From: Blasia pusilla
Taxonomy: Eukaryota
Assembly (NCBI GenBank): GCA_050084515.1
Contig: CM114271.1
Coordinates: 36,394,001-36,458,000 of the forward strand
DNA: 64,000 bases
Direction of reading: 5' to 3'
The translations under genes were made by a program, and so were the position numbers. The notes beneath the pieces were generated by a model. That model had not been told where the DNA came from. It searched no databases and worked only from the letters and a program-made list of their open reading frames with translations. The stretch's first letter is position 1. Every line of letters starts with the position of its first letter. Shown piece by piece: positions 1 to 12,421 of this stretch.

Positions 1-937
1 TTGTTCTCATTAAGGTAAGATCCTCTTTTGATTTGCGATAATGACTTGTCTTCCGAGACTCTGGTAGCATGTGTGTCTAAGACTTAGATATTTGCGATAT
101 CCATGATATTTACAAATGAAAATCATATCCCTCATAGAGTGCAAGAATTATGGCTACCATCATAAAAAAGAAGATCTTCAATAGAGAAATATGCAAAAAA
201 AATCATGAATAAAAGATCCTGGAATGGAACTTCTTATAAAAGTTTTTGTAGTCTTCCAAAAATTAATTACATTTTTGAATAATTTCTTATAATTTATTTT
301 ACACATGCTTGAGAATAAGCTTGTATACAGTAATCAAATTTCAGTAATTGAAGCCAATAATCAATAAGATATTCTTAAGGACCATGAAGAATACAAGAAA
401 TCAACAAAATAAAGGAAAAAAAGAAAAGAACGAAATACAATATGCACAAAAGGCAATTTTAGGATGTTAGTAGTTAACCTTTAGTATAAAAAAAACTCTT
501 GCTTTCATATTCTTACACATCTTCAATGTTTTCCTTGTTGGAATTTTAAGAAACCAGTATGCAACCCCTTTTTAGGATTTTGAGTTTTATAATGGAAAAA
601 CACAAATACATTAGAACTGTCGTATTCGGATTCGTACTAACACCGGAGTAGGGATAGAGAGGAACACATGTTTGGAAGGAGAACACAATCTGGAGATACC
701 GCTATTCTATTTTTTTCGTATTAATGAGATGAGAGAATTAATGCTTAGCACATATGCTAACATCTTATCGTTCACAATTTGCATCCTCGGGTCAAGAAAG
801 TGCAGAGTAACTTGCATTCAGCAAGCTTTGCAGGTAGAGTCGATTTCTTGTAGGGGTCGTAATTAAAGAAACACCCAATTTTTTGACTAAATTTAAAAAA
901 GCATTTTCGCACGTAAAAAATGAGCGTTAAAAGTGAA

Positions 938-1987
938 CTAGTCGATATGCTTGTGCACAGCAAGAGAGAAAGATGCAACCTTCTTTCTTTACTACAATAG
1001 AGAATCATAGTTATTTTATCATAATAAAGTTTAGGATGAAACTATCTTCTTTTAAAGTCCCCATTTCCACCTCTTCATTTATAGGAACCCATAACCCCGT
1101 CTTTCCCATGTTCGAAGAAAAGAATTCCAATTCCCTACCCCTAATCATCAAACTATTAAGCGCATTAGCTCATTGTGAAGACAAATGATTGAATGACACG
1201 TGTCCTATTTGTCGATGAAGCCAATTCATGACTTTTTTGTTTTAATTTTACCCTATACCAAGCAGAAAACAAGAATGGGTAAGATTTTAATAATTAGATT
1301 TTTTTTTTTATTTATAATTTTTAATAAATAAATAAATAATCTAATTAACTCAAATTCAAACATCTTCCCCATGAAATCTTAAAGAGTCTCTTTAATTTCT
1401 ATTCTCTTTTCTCATTTGGAAATTTAAAACTATTTTTTCAAGGTTCATGCCAATAAATTATGATAAAATAAAGTTTAGTTTTGAGGCAAAATTAATTTTC
1501 CTTTTGGGAAAAAATGAAAAGGATAATAGGAAAATAATGGGTATAATGGGACAAGAATATCAAAATAATGGAAGATATATATTTTTCTAAATTATTTTAA
1601 ATTTTCAAGTTAGATTGGGAGAAAATTTGAATCCCTCTTTTGGAATTTTTTTTTTCAAAATCAGTGATTTTCTTTTACTTATTGAAGGATGGGGATTGGC
1701 AAAGGGATAAATTCTTTTCTTCAAAACATCTGAATTTTTTTCTTAAGCCAAGTTAGATGTATTATAATTTTTTTTTCTTCATCCTTTTTAATATGAAACT
1801 TTATTCAACGCGTGTCCACTAATTTCATATTATCATCCTCCATACGTGAATCTGTTCATTCCCAATCATCTCACCTGGTGTAAAACTTACTAGTTCCTTG
1901 TAATTATGGATGTGTAAACTTATTAGAAGTCCTCAATGTTTATCTACTTGTCTTATAATTATGGTTCCCATCCCAATATAGAATAGA
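938..1987 (-). mobile_element. Putative non-autonomous Helitron
   Basis: Minus strand starts A|TCTATTCTATATTGGGATGG (1987). It ends with the imperfect hairpin CTTGCTGTGCACAAG followed by CTAG|T (941-938). Interior is AT-rich and non-coding. Confidence 0.5.
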
Positions 1988-3068
1988 TTCATATTTAAAA
2001 AGTGTCAACCTCAAACCTCAAAACCAATGAGAAAACTTATTTAGAATGCTTTATGGCTTCCTTCTCTTCATTTTAAATGTAGTCCCTCAATTTTTTGTTT
2101 GCCACTTGGAAAACCTCATTCCCAACTCTTTGTTTTAAAAGAAGAATTCCCCTCATTTAAAAAAAAGTAGTATCTCATTCATCTTCCTTGTTTTTTGAAA
2201 AAAATTCTACCTTCCCTTAACCCCCTTATTAATTGCTAACGTGTAAAATAATTGTGTATATATTAGATATATATTATATATTTCATTTTATTACAATATC
2301 AAATCTCAAAAGAGGACAAATAAAAATAATAACATTTCAAAAGAGTAAAGAATGCACAATGAGATGCAAAAGGAGAATGACAACTAAAATTCTTACGAAT
2401 CCTCATCATTTCCACTTCGAAAATTCCAAACTAAAATAAATGATAACAGTTGAGTCCTTTAAAAAAAAGAAATGCGTGACAGAAGGCGTCAGTTTAACAG
2501 TGAACGCGTCAATTGCCGGCGACTTTGAGTACCGATGCTTCCGTCCTGCGAATCTGCTGCTCCGCTTTCGAAGAAACAGATCGAGACGTTCAGGTCAACT
2601 CTCATGACGCGTTCGATTCTCGTCTGGTTGTTTGTTGATCGAGCCGCTGCGAGTCCTACTCCTCCTTCTAGTCCTAATCCGAGTCCTACTCCTACCTACT
2701 CAGCTTCTCGTCGGATCAAACCCAAGTAAATGACGAAAGAAAAGTGAGATCGGGGAGAAAGAAATATTTCGAATCGCCAGCGGATTGGATTCGCGTTCGA
2801 GCGCCCGGTTGTGCGGGTTGGGGAGGCTTCGGCCAAGGTTCGGATGGGAGCTTTTCTTCCACCCAGAGCTCGGTTGCTGGGGCCGAAGCCAGGCACGGAA
2901 GCGAGCGAGGGCCGGGGAGCGAGAGCGGAGGTGGAGGGAGGATGCGGATCCGAGATTGGTATTCCTTCTTGGACAGTTTTGCAGGCCCGGCACTCTCTGC
3001 AGTGGAGACAGCAGGCGTCTTGAGAAGGTCACGAGTGCTCCTCATTTAGAACTGCCAAATGCTGCGCA

Positions 3069-3597
3069 GGATATGCTGAGTTTGTGTCCGGAAAATCTGT
3101 TGGTAATTCTGTGGATGTGATTTCTCTCGTGTGATCTTCGTCGTTTGCAGGGGCGGTCGCGACCGGTTTTAGCTGGTATTCTCCAGTTGTGCATTCCTGG
3201 AGCCTGGGAACCAGGAGGTGTCGCGAGAGCAGCGAATGACGAAATTCACTTCTAAAAGTGGCCTTCGCTTGCGGGTCGCTCGGCGCTTGCGTCAGCACGC
3301 GATACGGAAGTTGAGGTTGCCGTTTGGGCTGGAGTCGGGATTGCTCGCTTGCATCTCTGAGTGCGAGAGGTGGAAACTAACACTGTGCTTGCTGTCTTGG
3401 AGTGGGTGCTATCCGGCGTGGAAAAGGCTCTTGCGAATCGGCTCCCGGAAGCGTGTGCTTTTCGAAAGTCACATTCCTTAGCGGGTCTGTACACTCGAAG
3501 AAATATGCTCGGGCTATCACGTTTCGTCGAGGAAGCCTCGCCTGCGCTGTTTAAGGGGCATATGCGGACATGAAGCTCGTATGCTTGGCGAATATCC
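3069..3597. promoter_or_regulatory. Cluster of P1BS (PHR1-binding, GNATATNC) motifs upstream of the PAP gene
   Basis: GGATATGC 3069-3076, GCATATGC 3558-3565 and GAATATCC 3590-3597; PAPs are canonical phosphate-starvation targets. Confidence 0.45.
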
Positions 3598-4730
3598 CAT
3601 GAGGCATGTACGGACTCACAAGCTCGGGGAAGGGTGCGCCATGGACCGCCTAATCCCTTTATAAGCTCATCGGGGATGGAACGTTAGATGTCCATGGTTC
3701 GTGTAACATTCATTAGTCTGGGCGGCGGACCGTGCAGGCCTCTTGGATTCACCACGGGTACTTCTTCTTCTCTTTGATTAAGCGAGCGCCTTTCGATTAG
3801 GTGAAACGCACCGAGACCTCAGCTCATTGCGTGGAGCGCATGTGTTTGGATCTGACGAAGCAATTGAGCCTACAGAGCTCGAGTAATTGTATCATGTAAG
3901 TTTCCTTCGTCCACAAAGTCTTGCTGGGGTTCACGGTTCTCCAGCCATGACGATTGCTATGGCTGTGCTGTAGCAATTGCTCCAACTTTGGGGATGCTTT
4001 GGAGTCGAATGAAGAGAATGGCATATCGAAGCGTTCTCATCCGTAGGGGGATGGTTCTGGAGGGACAGAATTGGAGAGTGTTACTGTTTCATCGCAACTG
4101 TTCGTGGGATCTTGTTGAAGTCGTGGCTTCCTCTGCACTGTTTAGTTTCATCTACAATTTTCATTTTACGTCATCAGTCCCAATCGTAATCTCCTCATGA
4201 TTGCAGCTCCAAGAACCGCTCCCCCATCTCGTCACCTCTTTCCATCGTAATTTACGTGTCTCGCTTATACTTTCGTTCAGAGTTTAGTCTTCAAGAGTGG
4301 TTTCCCGGAGCTTCATGTCAGTGGATTGCGGCGTTTGGCTGTCATGTTCCATTTCCTATCCATATGCCATACTTTCCCTCGCTCTCCGACTGATTCGGAA
4401 GCTACTCCGCACTGACACGGCACTAATGTCATCGGAGTCCCTCTTCAAGACTGTCATAGTGCAAACAGCGCGCGAGGGATACAGTAACAGCAGGCGTTCC
4501 TCAATGAGAATCTCATGCTTTAATTCGTATGTCTAGCATCGAAGCGATTTCTCTACTCCGCTCAGCTGGTTTCGACAAAGCCCGGATTCAAAGCTCGAAG
4601 CCGCGGTACTGATCCGCAATTATCTTTGGGGTCATACATCAGATACGGTCGATCATGGTGTCGTTAAGAGGCTTCTGCGCTCCGACGACGCCTGGACCTC
4701 AGCAGATAATGTCATCGAGTTTGGTCAGTC

Positions 4731-4738
4731 TATAAAAG
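4731..4738 (+). promoter_or_regulatory. Candidate TATA box (TATAAAAG) followed by a CT-rich tract
   Basis: TATAAAAGAG followed by ctccctcctttctcctcc; possible promoter for a long PAP leader. Confidence 0.35.
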
Positions 4739-6682
4739 AGGGTCTCCCTCCTTTCTCCTCCTGACCGATCAGTGCTCCAAAGATCAGTCGGCGGAATCTC
4801 TGGAATTGCGAGCTTCCGACAGGCACGTACGCGCACTGATTCACATTCTCTCTCCACTCATTGGAGTTTCCTGCACCATCCGACTAAGGCGCGGGTTCTA
4901 TGGTGGCAAGATTACGACCTCCATAATGCGCACAGCCTTTCTCTCCCTCGCCCAAGAAAAAAGCGCAGGATGGGAGCTCAAAATAAGTGCCGTTCCTCGA
5001 ATGATGACGGGATGAAATCTCCGGTCGCTCGCGCGAAATTTACAGAAAGAGCGACGATGCACGCTCAAATTACTGAGCTGCAATCAGCGGATCTGTTCAT
5101 CGCGTTGGGCTGGCTAGATTGAAATCTGCTGCACTGGTACGTAACATCCAGTGCGGATTCTTAAGGTAGATGTTGTCGCCGAGAGTCCGTTGTTTGAATC
5201 CCGAGCGCTCCGCACCAACACAGTAAGCACTCACATACGAGCCTCGCTCCTCCCTCCCATTCATTCCTGTCTCTGGTACCGTTCACCCCAGGTGCGGGAT
5301 CCATGGCCGCAGTGCTGCGACAGGCGCCGCGTAATCTGTCCCACCTCTACCCGACAGCGTAGCCAGACCGTGTTTCTCATCTGCGAGGCTCGGAATTGTT
5401 GGCGAAATCGAAGGCAGTCTTCGGCCTACAGGGAGGATTTTCGATGTTCCAACTTTTAATTCTCCTCTTACCATGTCGGGAATGGGTGGTGAAAGACAGT
5501 CCCAACCATCACAGAATTCTCCATCTCCAGCATCCCTAGATTTCGAAGAAAATGAATTTCTAATCATCATCGGTTGCACGCGCTGTTTACTGACTTCCCA
5601 CTTGGCAAACGATCATGGAGTGATCACATAGGAATGCGGTTGGAGGCTGGTGGTTCCCGCAAATTCTGGGAACGCAGCGTACCTCTCGCTTGAGGGCCTT
5701 GACGTCTTGTTTTCCTTTCGAGGATGTTTGGTGGTTGACTCTTGGCGTTTGACTCTTCTGGCCACTTAGCGTCTTGGTTAAAGGCCATGATTTCATTCGG
5801 ATTCTCGGCTGAAATCGCGCACTGGAATACCGGACATGTGCTCCAGTACTTCGTCTGGTCTTAGGAACCGGGAGCCGGGAAACACGGATTGTGTACTCCT
5901 ATTCTTGGTTCACGCATATGGCAGGAGTTAGTATGTCGGAAAGACTCTGGGATTTCTGTGACAAAGAACTTCCGAGTAGGTGCCTGCGGATCTAGCGTTG
6001 GACTCAATTACCACAGTGCCTGTTCCCGGTGTCCTGATCTGAGCGAGGCGTTTACGATCAGGACTCATCCGCGCAATGTGGGCAACCTCAAAGCTCCGTA
6101 ACGCAGATTTCTTCGGTTCATTTGTGGCGTTAGTCGTTTAATCGGCTTAGACGTTGTTGCGGAAGTGAAAAAGTACACAGCGTCCTTGCAGACATCGATG
6201 CATTGAACGTGTTTGTGGCCTGGATCCGCCCTCCAGGCGCGAAAGAGGTGAGTGCAGCTTTTTCGAAGCCTAGAAACTTGGTCGAGGCAGGTTAGCCACT
6301 GGGAAACTTCCGCGTCCGTGTGAAATTTCCAAATTCAACCGAGAGACGGGAAATTGGCGTGAGGGGATGGTTTCTGTAGGTCTCACAGTCGTCTTTCTAT
6401 GGTTAGCTCAGCGATAGCGTTCCTCTCGGCTCGACATTTCCGCGAGCTCGCACAGAATCCATGGGATGTTTAGATCAACGCGGAGACTCGCCCACTATTC
6501 GCGCACATTGGAGCAAGCGCTCGCGGATCGATCCCCGGGACATCCGAATGCTACAGCGAGAGACGAGAGTGTCTAGGGTTGGGCCCATTGCATTCATGGC
6601 CGAGTGTTTGCCTCCGATTTCTCGTATTTTCCAGTTTCAGTGTTCATTCTCACCCACCGGCTCTCTTTGCAGGCTGGCGACG

Positions 6683-9600
6683 ATGGAGTTTCGGTTCGCA
6701 TTGGTTGCGCGGCTGTTCATCGTGTTGATGGTCGCTTGCGCGAGCTGGACCCACGCTGGGGAAACCAGTCCCTTCGTGCGTAAGCTTCAAGCAGGCATGG
6801 ACATTCCTGAAGACAGCCCTTACTTCAAAATTCCCCCCGGGAAAAATGCACCTCAGCAGGTAAGCAGAGAATCCAGAAAGTCGCTCTCGAAGACGGAGTC
6901 GGTTGTTTTTCCAGGGAAGTAGCATGATTCGATTCGCTGCTCTCGCTTTCGAACACTTGATTGCTTTCCATGAGGAAGTATCAAGCGTTGCGAGATCGCT
7001 ATAGAATGACTGCATTCCGCAGAGCTTGATCCACTCACTTCCCTCGAGGTTCTCCCGCAAGTTTACTCAGCTTTCATGCGGACATTGTTCCTTTTCTCGC
7101 GCTTATGGACGACGCTCGCAGGTTCATATCACCCAAGGGGATTACGAGGGCAAGGCCGTGATCGTGTCATGGGTCACGAGCGACGAACCTGGCAAAAGCA
7201 TCGTCTCGTATGGCACGCAGCCGGGAGTCTACAAGCACTCCGTTGAAGGTTTCGCCACCTCCTACAAATTCTACAATTACACTTCAGGCTTTATCCACCA
7301 CGCCAAGATTATCGATCTCGAGGTATGTACGAGACGCGAGTGAACGTGAGACCTTTCTCAGTCCACTCATCAGCCCTGATAGCTCAGCAGGATCTTCAGA
7401 TAGCGGCAAGAATTGTGGCTATGCCGGGATTATGTAGGCGTGAATCGCAGACACCAGTCGTGATCTAGCTAGCAGTGAGACGGCTTTGCAACTATGTTCG
7501 AACTGAGATGCGGAGTAATCGTGCAAAATGCTGGGCCTTGCAGTTCAATACCAAGTACTACTATTCGGTCGGGACGGGCAAGAGCGCTCGCGAGTTCTGG
7601 TTCTTCACTCCTCCAGCGAGTGATCCCGACACTCCCTACACCTTCGGTGTCATCGGTAAGCATGTGCAACTCTTTCCCACGGTTTGTCCGGTGCTGGTGG
7701 AAGTTCAGCACAATGATTGGCTTGCGAATTTCCCCAGGACTGTCGACTCTCTATCCGGCAGTGGAAGCGCCAGGAGAGGGGAAAGAAAGGAGAGTTTTTC
7801 TTGTTTCATGATGGCTCTGCATCTGAAAGAATGGCGGTCATGGAATCAGGGGATCTCGGACAGACTTACGACTCGGCCTCGACATTGGAGCACTACATGA
7901 AAAGCAGCGGTCAATCGCTTTTGTTTGTGGGGGATTTGTCATACGCTGATCACTACCCGTTCGACAACAACGTGCGCTGGGACACATGGGGGCGTTTGAT
8001 TGAACCGAGTGCGGCCTATCAGCCATGGATTTGGACTGCAGGAAATCATGAGCTCGAATTCTTACCTAGCGTCGTGAGTATATTCGCCATATGTCCCTAC
8101 TAAAGTCGCGGTCACTGACTTTCATGCTTCGTAGCGTAGTGGAGTGAACTCGCGGAGGTCGATTTGTTTCATTTCACGAGCGGGTGGTTCACCAAATCTC
8201 TCGTTCGCTGCGCAGGGTGAGAACGTCCCATTCAAGTCCTACCTTCACCGCTTCCGCACTCCATTCAAGAGTTCGGGAAGCACATCACCACTTTGGTACT
8301 CGATTAAGCGAGGGCCAGCCACAATCATCGTTCTATCGTCCTACTCTGCATATGGTAAGTTAGCATCGCCGCTCGAGTGCTTGCTCAGCTTCTCGAATTT
8401 TGTAGGGATGAAGAAGGGATTTTTTCTTTTCTAGATATCAACATCGGGTGGAAGAATAGTTCTACTCTCTTTTTGTGCACATGGTACGAACTGCAATGTC
8501 ACTCCAAAAGCCTCCTTTTTCGCGAAGAAAACTAAACTTCCTGACCATATTCTCCAACTCGGGTCGTCAACTCCGTAACTGATTCCGTTGTGTTGGAGAA
8601 GTTTGGCAGTTTTCTAATTTGGTCTTCCAACAGTTCTTACCGCCTTCAATTTTCCACTGCGTCCTTGTTTCTGGAGAAGAATTCAATGACTTTCCCAGAG
8701 GGTAGCGATCCCAGGTCTTACTCTTGTCCACTCAGCCATTTCCTCCAATCCAGGCACAACAAAAAACATCTTGAGCTGCCGCCCCAAATTCGTGCTCCCC
8801 GTGTCCGCAGGCGATGAACACGGTTCAGGAAGACCGCACGCCTACTTTCAGAAAACATGATCCTGGACTCCAGATTTCACAAATAGCTACGAATAGGTTC
8901 ACTGCGGTGGCCGATTGACTAGGAATACCAAGAGCTCCTAAATTTCTCTATTTCTGGGAAGCACTCTCTCGCATAGCGACTGGATGCACGCGATGAGGTG
9001 CGCCCTTGTCCGAGACATGGGGCTCTGAACACATCGACGAGTTTTGAAACCCCTCTGCACTGGATAATCGGGCTCTTCCACACTCAAGCTTTACTGCACC
9101 GGACATGGAACACAAACAGGATCACTTGACGAGGCGTAACAGCAGGAGCCCCAGATAGCAATCTGAATCTGAATTGCGATATTTGCAAAACCTCAAATGA
9201 CGATTCTGCTAGGAGAATTCAGCCTCTGGCTGAAGTGGCAATGGAACCTTTGCAGCAATTTTCTCTCTGTTGACCCATCTAACAACGTTTCGGCTTTGCA
9301 TCGAAGTGAGTACGACAATTGGCGTTGAAAGACATGGCGCGACCACAAGGCGAACGAAACGAAAAATTGATTGCTTCCATCCGTGGGAGCTTTGCAGGAA
9401 AATATACCCCACAATATGTGTGGCTGCTGGAAGAGCTGGCAAAGGTGGACAGGACTGTCACTCCTTGGTTGATTGTGCTTCTGCATTCCCCGTGGTACAA
9501 CAGCAACTCATACCACTATCTCGAAGGCGAAACCATGCGTGTCATATTGGAGCCATTCATTGTGCAGTACAAGGTCGATGTTGTTTTCGCTGGCCACGTT

Positions 9601-10689
9601 CACTCCTATGAACGAACTGTGAGTTCCTACGTCTCTATCCCTTGTCTGTTCAATGCCCTGCCTTGTATGCGATCCCAGCAGAAGTGCGTACAAGGTAGCT
9701 GCAGACATGAATCACCGTTCTCTGGCCTCCTCGGAGGGCAGAGAAGGCGTTTCTTCATTGTGTCGCAGATGCACGAAGTCATTGCTCATAGACCATCGTT
9801 TCTTCGTCTGTTGTTGTATGGAAGGAAACCATTCCTTGGATCTGTAACTTACGCAAGCATCTTCAGAGGTCAGAGGTCGCGTTTGTTGATTTGTATTCTA
9901 GCAGCGCAAAATTATTGCTCGTCGGCCATTATTTCTTCATCTCCTGTCTGAGAGGAAACCATTCCCTGAAATTATTCCTCACCGGCCATCATTTCTTAGT
10001 TCCTCTTATTCCTTTGATCTGTAACTTACTCAATCACCGTTTGTCTTCGACCATGATTGTGTAAGTTTCAGATCGAAGCAGAGGTTTACTTTCAGACACG
10101 AACTTCGACTGAGCAAACAATTGTTCCGAAAAGCCATGGATGAAATTCCCCAGTGCTGGTGATTTGGATCGTGTTTAAACATCGGATGGCTCTAACCATC
10201 GGATGAAATCGTTGGCCGTTTTTCAGTACCCAGTTTCAAACATCGAGTACCGAATTGTGAACGGGCTATGCACGCCTCAAATCAACCAGTCTGCCCCCGT
10301 CTACGTCGTCATCGGTGACGGTGGAAACGTCGAGGGTTTGGCAAACCAGTAAGTTCTTCGGAAGCTTCTGCTCCTACCTCTTGGAATCTGTTTCTTGTAC
10401 CCGCATGCTGCTCTCTAGGATCTGGCGGACATCGATAGTCAGTCAGTCGGGCACCAGTGCCTTTCCTATCAATCATCTCGAGCGAGTAACGTGAAGGTTT
10501 CCTTCGCTGCCTTGCAGATTCACTGAGCCACAACCCGCGTACTCGGCATTCAGAGAAGCTAGTTTTGGTCATGGAATCCTGGAGATTATGAATCGCACGA
10601 CGGCGTTCTTTTCATGGCACCGCAATCAAGACGGAGAGAAAGTTACAGCAGACTCTGCAGTTCTCATGAACAAGTACTGGTCCAACTAG
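6683..10689 (+). CDS. PAP: Purple acid phosphatase (high-MW Fe-Zn/Mn type, AtPAP10/12/26-like), ~455 aa, 8 coding exons: 6683-6859, 7122-7322, 7544-7655, 7850-8073, 8216-8354, 9398-9618, 10227-10348, 10518-10689
   Basis: Signal peptide [34 protein letters not shown]. All metal-ligand motifs present (GDLG, GDLSYAD, GNHE, VLLH, GHVH), plus GDGGN and [12 protein letters not shown] introns join in frame to 1368 nt. Confidence 0.95.
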
Positions 10690-12421
10690 TGCCTGTCGAG
10701 GTGATAATCCAGGTCTCGTGTTTGTGGAAGTGGCGAACCACCCATTGTGTGAATAAAACATGCGTCTTGAAGTCACGAGCTTGAAGTCTGTAAGTCTCCG
10801 AGTTGTAGTGGTGGAGACAATCCGAGTTAATAAATCAATTGTTTATATCGTCAAAGCCTCCAGCAATCGGTGATGGTGAAACACGACAATTGTCGTTGTA
10901 GGCTGGTGTTAGTGTCCACACCCATGAAACATATGAGAAGCTTTGTGGGACATTGATGACAGCTTTGAGCAGATTAGGACAATCAAATCTGAGCAAGAGG
11001 ACGTTTTGAACAAGAACTGTCATCTGAAACTTGAACAAGCGGTTCGTCCTGAAGCCTCCTCATTCAACACACTCCATCATGTACGAGTGGAAATAATTGC
11101 TCCACTATGTAGATATCTCCAAAGCTTTCTCTAACACTCGTGGAACTTGTGTGCGCACGAAGCGTACACTAGTTCATCGCCACTATCCACTTTGGATTTC
11201 TCCAAAGCTCTCACAGCTTCACCACTGAGCGCAACAAATGAAACGCTCTAATGAAACGACTTCGTTACTCGGGCCCTAGGTATGGCAGATCTACCTTACG
11301 CCAGGGACAATCCATTTAGGTATGATTTTGAGAGTCTTTGAAACAAGTCTTTCAGGGATTCCAGAAGAAGATTTCCAGTCAGAAGAAGGGGAAGATTTTC
11401 AGTCAGATTTCAGTTTTGCTTCAAAAGCACTCGCTTGCTGATACGCGACGCTTCTGACTTCAACGTTTTCGAAGCACTGAGACCAGTGTAGCACTGTCAT
11501 CATGAGACATACATGCGCTCCGTTTAGTTTAATCGCGGAGGAGATGAGGAAAGTTGAAGTGAAGGAGATTTACATCCCCTCATCGCCGACAGACCACTAA
11601 TGAACTAACCGAAAATGTGAATCATAACTGGAGCAGCAACGGCATGTGCAGATTCTAATTCATTCCTATGTATAACTTGTGATAGATTGGTACATGTCCG
11701 GCGACTCTCGCCACTCTGCCAGCGTGCTTATGCGTCATGAATTACAATCACCTTCAGCCGTGGTTCTCAAGCTCATACCCGGAGGCGACATCCACAACGC
11801 CTCATCCGCAGACGGTCATATCGGTGTTTTAGGCCAACAGGAAAATAAGGAGCAATTTCGTATGATTGCACCATATTACAGTCAATCTCATCCTCCTCAT
11901 AAAAACCTAGCATACTTCTGTTTTACGATCATCTCTAAATGAATTCTCTTGCGCCAAGCACTGTTAAGAGAAATCATTGAGGACGAGGTAGTCCCACAAC
12001 GCACGCATCGCAATCTGCCGCGAGTGAGACTACCATTACCATTCCAGTGGGAAGGAATAGCCACAGTTCTCGACAGACCGAGACTCATCTTCCTGGTCCG
12101 GGTGAAGACGAGTTCTCTCCGAGAGTAGGATCAAGCATTGCAAGCCCAGCCAATTCCACCTCGATTGCTAGAGACTGAGAGCCTCATCTTCCACCCCATT
12201 TCGACATTCCTCGTTGACAGACGGTTTGTCCGGACGCGCTATGGTGTGCAGATCCAGCAGAGCAGAGGAGCTCAAAGTGGCAAGATTCCGATTAGAGGCC
12301 GTGGCTATTAGTTAGACGACGCCAGTGACATTTCTTCTAGAGGTCGTGCTTGCTTCCTCAGAAGTCGGAGGTCCTCATCATTCGTACATCCAAGAGTTTC
12401 TCCGATTGGCTTGACCTGCCA

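Noticed and set aside
2500-6400. Many overlapping 60-116 aa ORFs upstream of the PAP gene
   Set aside because: No recognisable domains; expected in GC-rich leader/intergenic DNA. I saw no miR399 or IPS1-like site.
11147-11173. Hairpin followed by CTAGT, resembling a Helitron 3' end
   Set aside because: No spacer between hairpin and CTAG, and no matching 5' end found.
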